From Lingula anatina (taxonomy: Eukaryota; Animalia; Brachiopoda), in NCBI GenBank assembly GCA_051362555.1, contig CM120643.1:21022848-21086847 (forward strand): a stretch of 64,000 bases of DNA. The letters run 5' to 3'. Position numbers and translations under genes: made by a program. This document shows, one piece after another, positions 37,407 through 51,247 of this stretch. Below the pieces are notes generated by a model that searched no databases, was not told where the DNA came from, and saw only the letters and a list, made by a program, of their open reading frames with translations. The first letter of the stretch is position 1, and the number at the start of each line of letters is the position of its first letter.

Positions 37407-40400
37407 GTGTGTGTGTGAAGCTAAACGCCACTTTCATATTTACTGGTGTAGCAAAAGCATTTACCAATCTTTTACTTTCAACTGTGCTATAATATTGATT
37501 ATAGTTATAGGCACTAAGAACACAAATAGCAGACTCTAATTAGATATACTTGCAATCTTCTCTCAAGGGTATATGAATATCTATAAAATATAATTAGCTT
37601 TTTTATCATCATTTCTCCGTCACGGGCTTCTTTTTTTTTTAGAAAGGGGGGGGGGGGGGGGTTCGAACAACGAAAAACGAAGACCATAGCTGCTTATTTT
37701 GCCGATAAGAAAAAACTTTACTAAGATTGCAGCATATAACCTCACTTTTTTTTTGCAATTGCTCACTTTTGCTTAATATCTACTTATACTTCGGTATTTG
37801 GGATCATTTAAAGCCCAAACTTAAATTTAAGAACATTTTTCCAGTGTAAACAGTCCTGCATATTTCATAATTAATAAAATAAAATGAAATGAAAATTCAG
37901 CGCCGCATTAATTGCCATGTGTACACATCTAGTTTTCCATAACAAAATGAACCAATAGCTATGATTCTGTTAGCGTCTCGTTATATGTTGTGAACCCGTT
38001 GGGGGTGGGGTCGTTTATCCCCTCCCTTTTTTTCAACTACGACTTTTAACGCCTGGGAAGTATCAAACTATGATTTAAATGTCAACCTACATTGTACATC
38101 AATCGTAGAGGTATGAGTATTGTATCTTTAAGGGTATCGTCTCGACTACATCGCCCCCACTGAACCAACCTTTGAGTATGAGTTATCAGCAAATGATGCC
38201 AAATATTCTATTTACATGTAATTAACAGAGCGTTCGTGTGTTGCTTTCAGAGGAAACGCTTTGAAATATTCCCTTTCATAGACAGTAATAATAGAAATGT
38301 ATATCCTCCTACACTTGGCTTAAACCCACTTAAAAATAATTATTTGGTCGGAAACTTGATAAATGATTGTCACTAAGTATCAGGCAACTAACAATAATAA
38401 CAAAAGGGCATTCAGCACTTACAACAGTATTTTTATTGCGGACAAATATCACGAATGTTCTCCTTTCGCGCCAAAATGGAGTCATGCCATACATAATTCA
38501 ATTATGAAGAGTGCCCATCACTCACGTACACTTGATGCACTTACATATATGCATATTGTAATGCAAAAGGTCACTTAATTTGTAGCATTTAAGGTAGTAA
38601 ACACTAAGACGCAGTTGCATCAGTTCTATTTTAGATAGACAATAATCTAACTGACGTCATCATCTAGTAAACCAACCTCCACCGAAAGATCCCATACTGG
38701 GCAGAATGATTGTCTGCTGACGTCAGGCAGTCAGCGTTTACTGCAAGTTAATCCCGGTGAGAACAAACTTGATCAGGTACAGAAATATGTCAATTAGTTA
38801 ATTGGTGTGATGTATTAATAAACTGACCTGCATACATATATGGTAATTACTTTATTGACCTGCATAGATCAAAACACAGCTGGGTTAGGGTACACGACAT
38901 TTAGGCGATAACCAATGGAGGAGCCGTTTCTACATGTATATATTTTTTTAGAATTAATATTACATTGCTTAAAAATATCTATAATATATGACAATCAATA
39001 CCTTTAAAAGATGCTAGAAGTGACATAGAATCAAATTGAAACATATATATAATAATTTATATCCTAAATAGCCCCCCCCCCCCCCCCCCAACTAAAAAAA
39101 TACTCTTCCATAGGAATTTTAAATATATATTATTTCAGTCTCTATAGACGCGAAATTAGGGTCACAAGCAATCATAGTACTTAATTACCCCTGTGGATTT
39201 TGTATCTTTGGAATAGACTAATATCTCAGGATATCAACTGCTGATTACCGACTTCCAGTATATCAGTCCCACTATTTTATAGATTTCTCTCTCATCCAGT
39301 AAATAAACATCAGGCTATACACCAGAGTTTGACAGTATCAGATCTCTGTGTAAAAAAACTTGTATCGAATACTTATTTTGACTGGGTCTTCATAATCATC
39401 ATAATGTCTTGTTTTTTTTTCTTGAAAAGTGGACCCTTTTTTACCCCTCTTGGCGGACAAAGCTTGAGAAATGGCATAGAACGTAGATCAAATTTTGATT
39501 CAGAGCGGATAGGATTTAACCAGTCAAAAAGGCGGTTCTTTCGAACCCCAAATCCCCTGCTTACGGGAATGTATCCTTCGGTCCTAGTTCACTAACTGGA
39601 TATGACATATAGGCGGAAGTTAAGTAAAAGTTATTTTGTGGCTTTTCATCGATAATATTTCTCCCTTCAGCCATTTAACTAAAATGATAATCCCTCAAGC
39701 GGATGTGAACTTTTCACCGACAACAAATTATCTTAAGAGGATGTTTCGTATCAATACGATAAACGGCATTAAATGATTTATAACGTGACAGGGAAGGTAC
39801 CATGATACAATATTGATTCGTCCAAAATATTAGCAACATGCCATAAAATTTTTCATTTAGGTATGTGGTCATGTAGGGGTAGGGAAAGGAAAATAATGTT
39901 TTTAAAGGGAGATAACCTTACCCGTTTAAATAAATAAATAAAATTAATTTATAAGCTAACAAAAAAGAAATAACAAGAAAAAGAAAAGTGAAATAGAAAA
40001 ATGAAATTAAATCAATAAATGAAAGTCCCAGGTTTTGAACATTTATACAAATTTCCAGCTACCCTGTTGTCAACACATTCATTACTTGATTTGTAATGAG
40101 AGCCAACAAATTTCATTCCTTTTGTCGTAGGCCTACAAACATTCAACAATACAGTACAAAGTCTAGACAATTTACGAGCTCACACAAATAACTGCATGTG
40201 TCCGCATGAGAAGTATTAAGAGGTATCCTAGTTAATTATTTATTTTTCACTACTGGACATGAAACTTACCCTGAGTGTCAGAGCAACGTAAAAGCTAGCT
40301 TGTTAAATATATACCTTGTGATGGAGTCGCTTTTAGTATTGTTGATATGGGTTATATATGAAATCAAGATCGAGCTGACAATACCGGAATCTGGAACCTA

Positions 40401-43400
40401 GGGTACATGAAACTAGGTAAAATCCTGCTCTTGGTCTTATATACTGTAGTTCAAGCAAGCAATGTGTGTGACATGATACTCTGTCAACTGAGCGATATAT
40501 GCCAGAACACCTCCAGCGGGAGAGTGTGGCAGTGTATTTTTTGACACACATACCGAGAGAAAGTACTTGCATTTCATCGAAAAGCACCCTTAAAACCGAA
40601 CAAAGCTCATATCGCCACAGACATATAACATCCAGGGGGGGGGGGGGGGGGGGGGAGCTGACGGTACATTTAACAAATCAGCCTTGCTTTGCTCCTAATT
40701 CCTAATATCTGCACGGATATTTGTTTCAAGGAAGCAGGCCCATTCCCAGCCACCATCCCACTTACACCTGCATTGAGGAGCCGGGAAATGTGAGAAAAAG
40801 ACCACAAAAACGCAGCTTGTTTTAAAAAGAATTTAGTTCATTTGAAAAGGAAATCAAAATACATTGAACAAATTAATTTTGTTTTTCTGGGGCACTTAAA
40901 TGATCTCGTATAATTCAATGCTTTCTGGTAAAAATAATTGAATAAAAATTAAAATAAAATAGAAATAAAATTAAAGCATGTTGTTTTACCTAGTTTGACT
41001 CAATTGTGTGACCAGCGCTCAGAGGCTGAAATGAGTTATCACTGCAAAGGTTGACACAAGGAGCGATCTACCAGTACGCTATGTTAAATTCTGTACGACG
41101 ATTTATCGAAATGTAAGAAACAGAGATCATTCGATGGGGTGATCGACCTGTCGGCCAAGGACTATTATCCAGTGGGCAATAAAAGGCCACGTTCAAATTG
41201 TTGGGCTAATTTTAGACCAGATGTCTGCAAAATAGCATCGTTTGACGTCACAGAACGACTAGGTCATTTGATTTTCTAACGGGTGTGAAGATGCTCCTAA
41301 TATATAATCTGGTTTATAATGACGTCAGATATCTTCGTTTAATCCATAGTCGGTCTGAGAAACTCTGACAGTGGAACAAGCGCCACTCAATGTGTCAGTT
41401 CTTCTAAGGAAACATCTGCCTTACAAATCTCGTGTGGTTCAAAACGTCAGTGGTGTTATGACATGTTATAAAGAACATAAGGGTGGTTTTACGTGCACGT
41501 GTACATATTGTACTACACTGAACGGGAACAAGACTAAGGCTTCGTTCACATGCAATGTCTATTTTCTAAATTCTATTTTCTATTTGCGGTATGTCTTATG
41601 ATCATGGTCTGTGGCCTGAATATCCGGCGGCGTAATTACTGGCAGCGCGAGCCAGTTACTATAAGTTACTGTAAGTACTGGGGTATAAACCCCAATCTGT
41701 GAAGATAATGAAGAGTTTTTATGCCCTTCCATTTGCACATGACACAGCGCCAACACGACAGTGGTAATTATGACAGGATCCCCTCCACAAACGGTGCGGA
41801 CGCACGCTCACGCGCAGGTGTGCTTACACACACACACATAAAAAGAGCCCCCCCCCCCACACACACACCGCCATCACTGGGATATTTTAGGACGAGTGCC
41901 AGCAATTAAAAACAAATAAAAAACAGTTTAATCTGCATAATTGTTCTTGCAAACCTAGACATAAAAAACTGTGTGTGTGTGTGTGTGAGTGTGAGTGTGT
42001 GTTTGTGTTTTGGTGCGTGCGTGCGTGCGTGCGTGCGTGTGTGTGTGTGTGTGGAGGTGGAGGGGTGTACAAATCCTGACATATCCATAACTACCTGTAC
42101 AGTGATAAAATAGCAATGGCCTCAATGCATTCTTTTCATAGGGTTTTACAGTGTAAATATCAATCTATATGTGTGTGCATAGGACATTGCATTTTCGATT
42201 TTGTTAAGCACATCTACTAGTAGCCTATTTTTAGTTTGAACTGTTATCTTCTCTCAAGGGTCACTAAATACCAAGAAAATATAATTACATGAAGCTATTT
42301 TCACGATATCTAAGCCAAAAGCTGTGCAAAATTTTCATTTACGGAAGGAAAGAGAACAAAATTTTAATTCTATGAAATATATCATATATTTAGATTCTAC
42401 GTGACGCACCCATCATCCAATTTATAAGTAACAAAGTTTTACGTAATGAAAAAGTAGAATTTTTTTATTTAGTCCATCCATAATTTATACCTGTACTGAC
42501 GTGACGCCCACTTGACAAGTGGGACTTTATGAACAAGGGGGGGGGGGGGGGGGGGAGGGGGGACGGCGCTAACAGTTATTGTAAAAGTATATTGCCCAGT
42601 CAATCTTTACATTGAGGTTAATGAGCACAAAAACAGGGCAAACTAAACAAAACTAACTCCATGGTAAAGGTAAAATATAAATGCACTTCAAAACACATGA
42701 GGTGAATTTTTGTATCACAATACACAATCATTGTAATAACTAACCGTGATGGGGCTGTACAATCTACACAATGCATAAAATGTTATCGAGATTTGCAGAT
42801 ATACAAATAGTCTCGTAATGGCCATAGGTAGAAATTTGGTGGAAACTACCGAAATTAAGAAAGTAGATGACTGTATAAAGAGGAATGTAAACACAACTAA
42901 ACAGACGACTAGAAATAAGCAAATATGAGGAAAGGCGATTAGTGTTTTAATACTTGAATGTTATCTACTTTTGGTGAAGTTGGGAAGAATTTAAGAAAAA
43001 AACAGAAATCGTGATTCAAATAAATTTCAAGGCGTAATTTCGCTCCATTAGTTCGTTCACCATGTTTTTGATAAAATACCTAGGCATCTGGATGGCTTCA
43101 CGCCTGCTTCTGATATAAATAAATAAACAAAGAAATAAAGAAAGAAAGAAAGAAAATAAGAAAGAAAAATTGGACTGAAATTTGAATGGATAGATTCAAG
43201 AAAGAAACACACGATCTATTCTGTTTGAAGAGTGAACATCATCTGCATAAAGCCACAGTTGCACTTGATAACATCAATTAATGACATGCATACACACAGA
43301 CAGCCAATAATATAGACACATTGTAAAAGTACTAGTAAAGGGGACACGGTGTATTTGCCAGCGGGTAATTTTTATTGCGTAAACTGCATAATGATGATGG

Positions 43401-46400
43401 CAGACCGAATTTAATAGCAAAAATATGCAGAAATAAATCTAAAAATATACCAAACAATTCTTCAATAATGGTACATAAAAAGACGTGTAAAGCTGTGTAT
43501 AGAAGACAATTTTGTATGGATACCCCCTTATGACAGAATAGGGGCTGGGGCCACAGTGTCTACTTGATCATATACTATTTTGCCAGGTATTGTACTGTAA
43601 GTATTTACATTTATATTCTAAAACTACAAATTCTAAATACCGGTAGAGGTGACTCTAAATTTCTCTTTTTTTTGGAGGGGGGGGGGGGGGGGGGGGGCGG
43701 GGAGGGTGGAGAGTTGATATTTTCAAAGGTAAAAAAAAAGAAATATGAAAGAAAAACATTTAGTTGAACCCTTTTGCAATTCCAAACTCAGAGGAAAGAG
43801 TAAGAGCAAGGAAATCCGAACAATCGTGTCACTAAAATATGCATGTACTAATAGTGCTCAATATTGAGTAAGGGTATTTTCATACCGCATGTACGCACAT
43901 ATACATATACATATACGCATGTATATACATATACACACACTGGACAATAGAAGTGTCACCCCTACTGAACCAATACTTTGGGGGAGATAAATGACTGTAG
44001 AATGATATGCTCCTGGTATCATTTTATTAACATCAAATTTCACAAAAATGCCAACAATACAATTCCATGGTACAGCAGTTTTATACATTATAAGTAGAGC
44101 AGGCATTATAACTACTCAAGATCTACCTACTTTGATTACTCTGATTCAGGGGGTGACACTTCTATTATCCATTGTGTGTATATTTAATTTTTGCTAACCT
44201 GAAATGGGTTTATATAAGCCTGTGACACCAGAGATCATTGCAAGTCATAAATAATTCATTACTTTTGTATTTAGTTCAGATTTCAAAGTAGAGTTACTGA
44301 AGATTCATGAGAAGGCATATCATAGACAAAATTGCAGCACAAGTATATTGGAAATGAAATACAATGTCAGCCATGAGATATGATTGCAACCAATGGTCAT
44401 ATAAGCACCCATTTGAATATGATAAATTCAACTGAGGTCTAATTTCTGCTCCAACGGCAATGAACACTCGCCTTAGATAATGGTATTCTGGAGAAAAATG
44501 TGATTTCCTCCATAAAGATTTCCCTTCCTTTCCGTCTTTATTTTTGAAGATGGCTATCTCTTCCCCCTCGTCCACACAGGCTTATTGTGCGTCAATAAGC
44601 TGAATAAAATATTCACTCCTATATGTGACTTCCAATGAATTCTCCCTCTCATCGTAGGCATGCAGAATCTCATAATTAAACATTTAAAGGCTTTATGACA
44701 TATGCAGACTTATGGGCAATGGTGAATCAAAAGGGGTTTGGTACAGCAGACATTTCCTCTTTAACTTCAGAAGGGCACAGTTGTTGCCCCCCCCCCCCAA
44801 AAAAAAAAGTATTACAAGTCAATGAGACTAAAACATGTAATTTGTTCACTCCTCTGTCTTGCATATAACAGTAAAATACCAGTTCCCGTCAGCTTCCGTT
44901 TTATATTTGACTTGCAAAACGAGGAAATTTTTTATGTTATGCTCCAAGCTAAATCCAGGATATTCCAGTGAGAAAAACACTCATTCATATATGAAGTAAT
45001 TCTCCAGGCTCTATAAACTATAAAATCCACTAAATTTAACCCACTACATCTATTATTATTTTTTCTATACACCGGTACCTTGGAATTATCATTCAGAAAT
45101 TTCAATCTACAACTTTTTTAAAACTAAAATATTGCAAGCTCAATATGCCCTTGGGGCGCACATGTGCCTGCCCGAGCTTAAATTGCTGACTGTTACCGTG
45201 AGTTTCTTCCACCTTTTTCCTTCTGTTTAGACATTCTTTGGGATTATCTTTCAGCATTTTCAATCAGTGAAAGGATGTTTGATAAGGACAGCATTTGTGT
45301 TACAACTTTGCTCAATGCGTTCCATCGAATGGGCCATGCAACCAGAGCTTCAACAAGCAGATGGATGGTACTGTACTCACAGCTCTCTTGATGGCAAAAC
45401 CGGTTGGCTTTACAGGAGTGTGCGAGTTCAGGAGATGAGAGGTAAGATAAAAATTGAGAGCTCCCGCATCGTGGCGGGTGCGCAAACTGGTCCACACTTT
45501 TTGAGGCCTTTGCTTTTGTGCGCTAGCACAGCCAGTACCTACCTATCAGAAGCGTCAATATAGGAATGCTAGCGCATGAGTTTCGTGCTATTGTGTTAGG
45601 TGAGAAACATCCAAGGGTTTATTATTAATCATCGTGTGTATTCGCAGATGTGAAAAAAAAAATACGTTAAATTTGTATTTATTTCATCGTTTAAAAATCC
45701 TAGATCATGTCTGAATAAAGTAAATTTCATAAAGCTCTGACCGACTGTGAAGAAGAAATGCTCCCACTTGTCAAATACACAGCAGTAGATATTCATAACC
45801 AAAGGTAGATTGGGGGGGATGCCTTTCCCTTAGTTGATCATCAGTTCTTAATTCTCACTCCGAAATATTAGTAAAATTAGCAAAATAATAATATAATAAA
45901 TAAATAGCATAAATAGATTATTTTAAAAAAATCATAAAATAATAAATAGATGAAAAAAAAAAAATAATAATAGCCCACCCCCTTGCCCATGAAACTTGTT
46001 TTAAAGAATCTACCATTTATATATTGGTTGGGAATTGGTAAATTTTGATGGTGATTAAATAATTTATTTGTTCATAAATAAATAAATATTAAATAGGAAA
46101 AACCTGAACTGAGCTGCCTCAGTGGAGCTCTGCACTCTATGAGTGCTTTCCTAATTCATGATAATAAACTGCTAAGAAGGAAACAACTACTGGTAGCTCT
46201 TTATGATAAGCATTAATCATTTCTGCTTTTTATTTCTTTTTATACTTGTTAACTGTGTAATTAATACATTTTATCCAGTCCTTGCAGTATTAAAAAAATC
46301 AACAAATATGTGGTAAAATAATCATAACAATTCTAATCAAAGTTGACATGTGGTAATATTTATATATATCTCTGCGTGTATACATAAATACATTATTTTT

Positions 46401-47489
46401 ATATGAATCCCACCATTTAAAACTTTCGAATATCACATTTTGTTTAAAATATGCAAATTTTTATATATATATATATATATATATACTATAACATTTCAAT
46501 ATATCTTGACTTTATCTAGTTTCACATAAGTAGTTTGAAGGTTAAACTGATGCTCTAAGTAAATTATTTAAACTCTTACACATTAATCTTCAAGAAATTG
46601 CTACTGTGGTATATTTTCATATAATTTGAACTCTGCTGTCATGCAACTTTTGGTCATGTAACTGCTCAATTTGATCAAGAGTGGAATATACTAATACTGG
46701 TTTTATCACAGTGTACATGTACATTGTAAACCATTCAGCATTCCAGTAAACAACATCAAATATCTATCACTCTATAATATATGGATAAAAGTTATCAAAA
46801 TGGTACTTGATCTCTTGGCAATGTAGAAGGAAAAAAAATCATAAATATGTTATCAAAATATAACAAATAGATATTAAAACTTTCTGCAACAAACAGCTTA
46901 CAGATTTCACAAACCTGTTGGTAAAAAAGGTCATTGGGAAAATTATTTCACGAACATGTTACTTTTCTTATTTTAGAATTCAAAGTAAACCTGTGTTGGT
47001 TATTAAAAAAACAAAAACACTTGGGTACAGGCTCCAGAAAAAAACGAAGCCTTAGCTATAATGTGTACTATTATATAGTACATGTACTATATACTGTGGC
47101 TATATCTTAATGATTCCAGTGTTCAGATATGTACTACAACTCAAGATACACATTTCATAATGTAAAGACCCTCTAACATTCTTAAGAGATTTGAATGTGT
47201 CCTTATGAAGATATACAATTGCTCCTACAACCAATTAAGATTACTCTTATTATTACAATGAAGATTTTCATGGATTATATTAAGACCATACAAACTGTAT
47301 GTGTTTAAGACCAATTTACGTTATTTTTTTAAGGAAAAAAACATAAGATAAAAAATACACTAACATTCAAATATATCTGGAATGTTTAAAGTTTCAGATA
47401 CTTACTTAAATTAATAAATTAATTTAACAGTGATACTGGTGCCTTAATTAAATTGTTTCAATTTTGACTTATTTAATTGTACCTATATC

Positions 47490-47785
47490 TACGAGAAACC
47501 TTCCAAATCCTTTAAATACTGTAAGCTACTGTACTAGTATAATGTAGTATATTACGAGAAACTTTCCAAATCCTTTAAATACTGTAAGCTCCTGTACTAG
47601 TATAATGTAGTATATTACGAGAAACTTTCCAAATCCTTTAAATACTGTAAGCTCCTGTACTAGTATAATGTAGTATATTACGAGAAACTTTCCAAATCCT
47701 TTAAATACTGTAAGCTCCTGTACTAGTATAATGTAGTATATTACGAGAAACCTTCCAAATCCTTTAAATACTGTAAGCTCCTGTA
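47490..47785. repeat. 63-bp minisatellite, about 4.7 near-identical copies, in the GSTO 3'UTR
   Basis: The unit ACGAGAAACTTTCCAAATCCTTTAAATACTGTAAGCTCCTGTACTAGTATAATGTAGTATATT starts at 47491, 47554, 47617, 47680 and 47743. Confidence 0.97.
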
Positions 47786-47895
47786 TGTGGTTTCTGATTA
47801 AACTGTACCTATTCTGATTAAACTGTCCCCAAATGCTACCGTTTCACTTCTGAATTTCTTTATAATAAAAATAAAAACACGTACGTACTGTCTTC

Positions 47896-48134
47896 TCAAA
47901 TTTCTATCTCATCATAGCGTGGTGTTCCTTCCTTGTAAGATTTTGCAAACTCAAGGAGGGCCCACCCTGGAATTGCTGTGGCTTTTACAGCTGGCACCTC
48001 CCACATTCTCGCTATCCATGCATTGAGCTTTGGGAATCTTTCCTGGCTGATTTCGTAGCCAGTGAATTCCTTGTAGGCGAGCATCCTTTCCACCCAGGGC
48101 CACATGTGGAAGTCAAGTAGACCTACTTCATCTC
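47896..48134 (-). CDS. GSTO1: Glutathione S-transferase omega, exon 5 (terminal)
   Basis: Acceptor tttatcAG. (G)DEVGLLDFHMWPWVERM...RFPKLNAWIARMWEVPAVKAT...YDEIEI* is the omega-class C-terminal domain. Confidence 0.95.
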
Positions 48135-48651
48135 CTGATAAATAAATAAATAAAAGGAAAAGCAGCTAATTTAAAGTGAAGCAATGAACTTTTAATATGG
48201 TTGGACATACCGGGTACTAGTAGTACAACTTTACATGACATGCCCCCTTATTGGGTTTCTCCAAATTAATTAAATTAATTTATCAACTTAAATTCATCAA
48301 TGAATTAACAAATGTGCCTGTGTGACAGTGTATGTACAAAATGCTTTCCTGTAAATTTCAGATTGTTAAAAAACTTAATTCATTTTGAACACACTAACAT
48401 GCAATACCAGAATGTGGTATGTTTTCCACCTTGTTTTTTATTTGGTTTATTACTCATTCATTTTACTTGTGATAGGAAGAATGCTAGATTCAATAAACAC
48501 TGGGGTGGTATTCTCAAAGCTATGGAATATGAACTTTCAATGAATTCCTGTGGAATTTAAAAAAATCGGTATTCTTTAAGCTATCAAATAATTTTCTATT
48601 AAAGTTGGGAATGATTTTTTTTGCAATCACATGATACGGCCAACCCAATAC

Positions 48652-48763
48652 CTGAGAAGAATGGCTTCTCCAGTAGATTTTCATATGTATCCAGGTATGT
48701 ATTCATTTCTTCTTTCGCCTCTGGTGTTGGCTCTCTGGCTAGCTTGTAAGAATGGCCTATGAA
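48652..48763 (-). CDS. GSTO1: Glutathione S-transferase omega, exon 4
   Basis: Acceptor ttctacAG and donor GTATTG. FIGHSYKLAREPTPEAKEEMNTYLDTYENLLEKPFFS(G). Phases 0 and 1 fit the neighbouring exons. Confidence 0.92.
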
Positions 48764-49283
48764 CTGTAGAAGTTTAATGCAAACCATGAGTGTTAGATAC
48801 ATGTATTTACATGGCAAATGTTTAATTTTCCTAGAGATTTCAAAGGTATGCAATACCCAAAATCATTTTGAAAATTGTGAGAAATGTAAAAAACATTTTG
48901 TCGCCCCTTATTAACTCATTCATACAAGATTCTGACTACTTCAGAAATAAAATAACAAATATAATCCTTATCTACCATGTAAACATTGTTCTGGCAGTGT
49001 GGTCATCTCCTTAACTAATAAGTTATTTAGCTGCTCGAGGAGGCGAGTCAGACATTTAAGTTGATTCCGCTGATTGCACTTAGAGAAAAGCCCCCCCCCC
49101 TCTCCCCCCCCCCCCAGAGTAAGACCAACAAAGCTGGTATGATATCTGAACCTAAATGCACCATAGTATGTTCCATTTTTACAAGACTATTGGGGAGTAA
49201 CAATTTAGAGTAGTAATGGTGCAGGAGAATGGTGATATGCAGGGGGAATAATGATGTACAGAAGAAAGGTGCAGGGACGTATA

Positions 49284-49622
49284 CACTAGTGGGCTTGATT
49301 TGGACTTAAAGTGCAATTTAAGAACACAAATAGTCTTACATGATCTTAAAACATGAGTAAGACCATTTCTAGTCTGACAGCCAATTAAGTTGTCTCCCCT
49401 TACACATTCTCCTATTGTTAGCAGAGGTGTCCTCTATTGTAAGGGGAGGTATCCCCCATTGTGAGGGGAGGAAACTGCTTGACCACTTAAGTAGATGTTA
49501 GATCTTTTTGATCTTAAAAGCAGATTCAGTCCATTTGAAGACTACTGCTGTAATGATTAGGATAGTGTAAGACCACTTGTGAACTGAAATTGCACTTTAA
49601 GACCAAATCTAGCCCACTAGTG
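49284..49622. mobile_element. Non-autonomous CACTA/EnSpm (CMC)-type element in GSTO intron 3
   Basis: TIRs CACTAGTGGGCTTGATTTGGACTTAAAGTGCAATTT and AAATTGCACTTTAAGACCAAATCTAGCCCACTAGTG. A 3-bp target-site duplication ATA lies on both sides. Confidence 0.85.
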
Positions 49623-49922
49623 ATAGGATTGTGTATTTAACCCTGACAGCACATACCCAGGGGCGGATCCAGATATATTTTCTGACAGTCTTCCAAATGA
49701 TTTTTGTTGATCCATCCTCCACTTTTGACCATCTTTCGACAGAAAAAATTAGATACTTGTCAATGTAAACTTAAAATCTGACTGTCTTCCGGAAAACCCA
49801 GATGACGGCCTCAATTCGCCCCTGTATACTGGTATATACTGGTACATGTACCTGTATGCTGCATATACATGTACATGTACAGTGTATATACTATATATAC
49901 ATACCAGTATGTATATACCTAC

Positions 49923-50142
49923 CTTACCAAGTCCAGCAGTCACAATGTTCTGCCTGGCTCGTACGTAAGGATCTTTTGATCGTAAAGGGTTTTGTGGAAA
50001 GATGTCCTCTAGGTAGTCGTTACAGATTTGTGACTCATACACGATCCTGTCATCCTGCTCCAGTACAGGGACGAGGCCAAGAGGATTTCTTTTCAGGAAC
50101 CAGTCAGGTTTATCTTTCAGATTGATGTTGACTACTTCATAG
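49923..50142 (-). CDS. GSTO1: Glutathione S-transferase omega, exon 3
   Basis: Acceptor tttgtttcAG and donor GTAGGT. YEVVNINLKDKPDWFLKRNPLGLVPVLEQDDRIVYESQICNDYLED...GLGK contains the cis-Pro VPVL and the ES glutathione-binding motif. Confidence 0.95.
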
Positions 50143-50603
50143 CTGAAACAAATGAAGGATTACAAAGGTTGCTTGTTACTTATTTTCAAAATTGAAATAC
50201 CCCCCCCCCCCCCCGTATATGCCCATAGAATTTTAGAATTACATACAGAGCCACAATTATACCAAAAAAATAATGAACACCATTGAAAAAATGTGTTTTT
50301 TTTCTGTCAGTCATTCAGGCATAAACAATGGTGCATGCAAGAAGATGGCTCTCGGCTATCACTGAATTTTGCTGATGACAATATTAGCATTTTATTGTCA
50401 GAAGGTTAAAAGCATCCTAACCAGCAGTACTGGTAGCTGCAATAACATTCCTCCCCCTTTGTCAGCTGTTTAATGCTTTCCCTTAATTTTTTTGCGAAGA
50501 AGCAACAAACTGGCTAAATATTTAGTATTAAAATTTGATAACAGTGGGGATGGGCCACATGCCGCTGCAGCTGCTGATGATGATGATGATGGACCATTAC
50601 AGC

Positions 50604-50810
50604 GCATTCCCAGAGATTTAGATCGGTCCAACTAGATCGACCTAACTCCCTAGGGGTTCACGCTAAATTGCTGTCAGCCGACTGAGCACGGAAGTTAATT
50701 ACCCCCTTACAGCTTTTAGTAGGCGGGACAGACATTTAAGCTGGCCGATTAACAGTAATCTAGTGAGACTCCCCACAGGGATAGATCGATCTAAAACCTG
50801 TGGGAACGGG
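50604..50810. mobile_element. MITE family copy A in GSTO intron 2
   Basis: TIR-like TTCCCAGAGATTTAGATCG and CGATCTAAAACCTGTGGGAA. The body is shared with 51248-51498, and a fragment lies near 49030-49070. Confidence 0.75.
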
Positions 50811-51247
50811 GTCTAAAACATGTGCTTGGAAGTGGGCATTGATCGGCAGGGGGCAGAATCTACAATGCAATGCAATATATATCAGTGTGGACAGTGGGCC
50901 TGTTAATTAGGCCAAGTATATCTTCTGATTAGATAACAGCTTTTAATCCCTAACACCACAGTAATGATGCTCCCCCCCCCCTCCTCTACCCCTTCAGTCG
51001 GCTCCTAATGCATCCATGTAGTGAAACTGGGTACAAAGAGGCTATAATTTTTGTTAAAGTATACTTCTATCAATATCACAGTTGGGTCTTGTGTGAATGC
51101 TGTCAATAAATGTAAATCTAAAACTTGGATGATATGGCCAAGGATAATGTATGTAAATTATTTACATAAACCATTTAGATTAAAACTGATATGACCCAGT
51201 AAAAAAACTAACCCATCAGCTGTGCATGCAGACCCCACTCCCATACA

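Noticed and set aside
47490-47785. 63-bp array as a CRISPR array or a coding repeat
   Set aside because: The units are contiguous with no unique spacers, and the context is eukaryotic with no cas genes. One minus-strand frame is open across about 4 units, but it has no start or evident splice entry.
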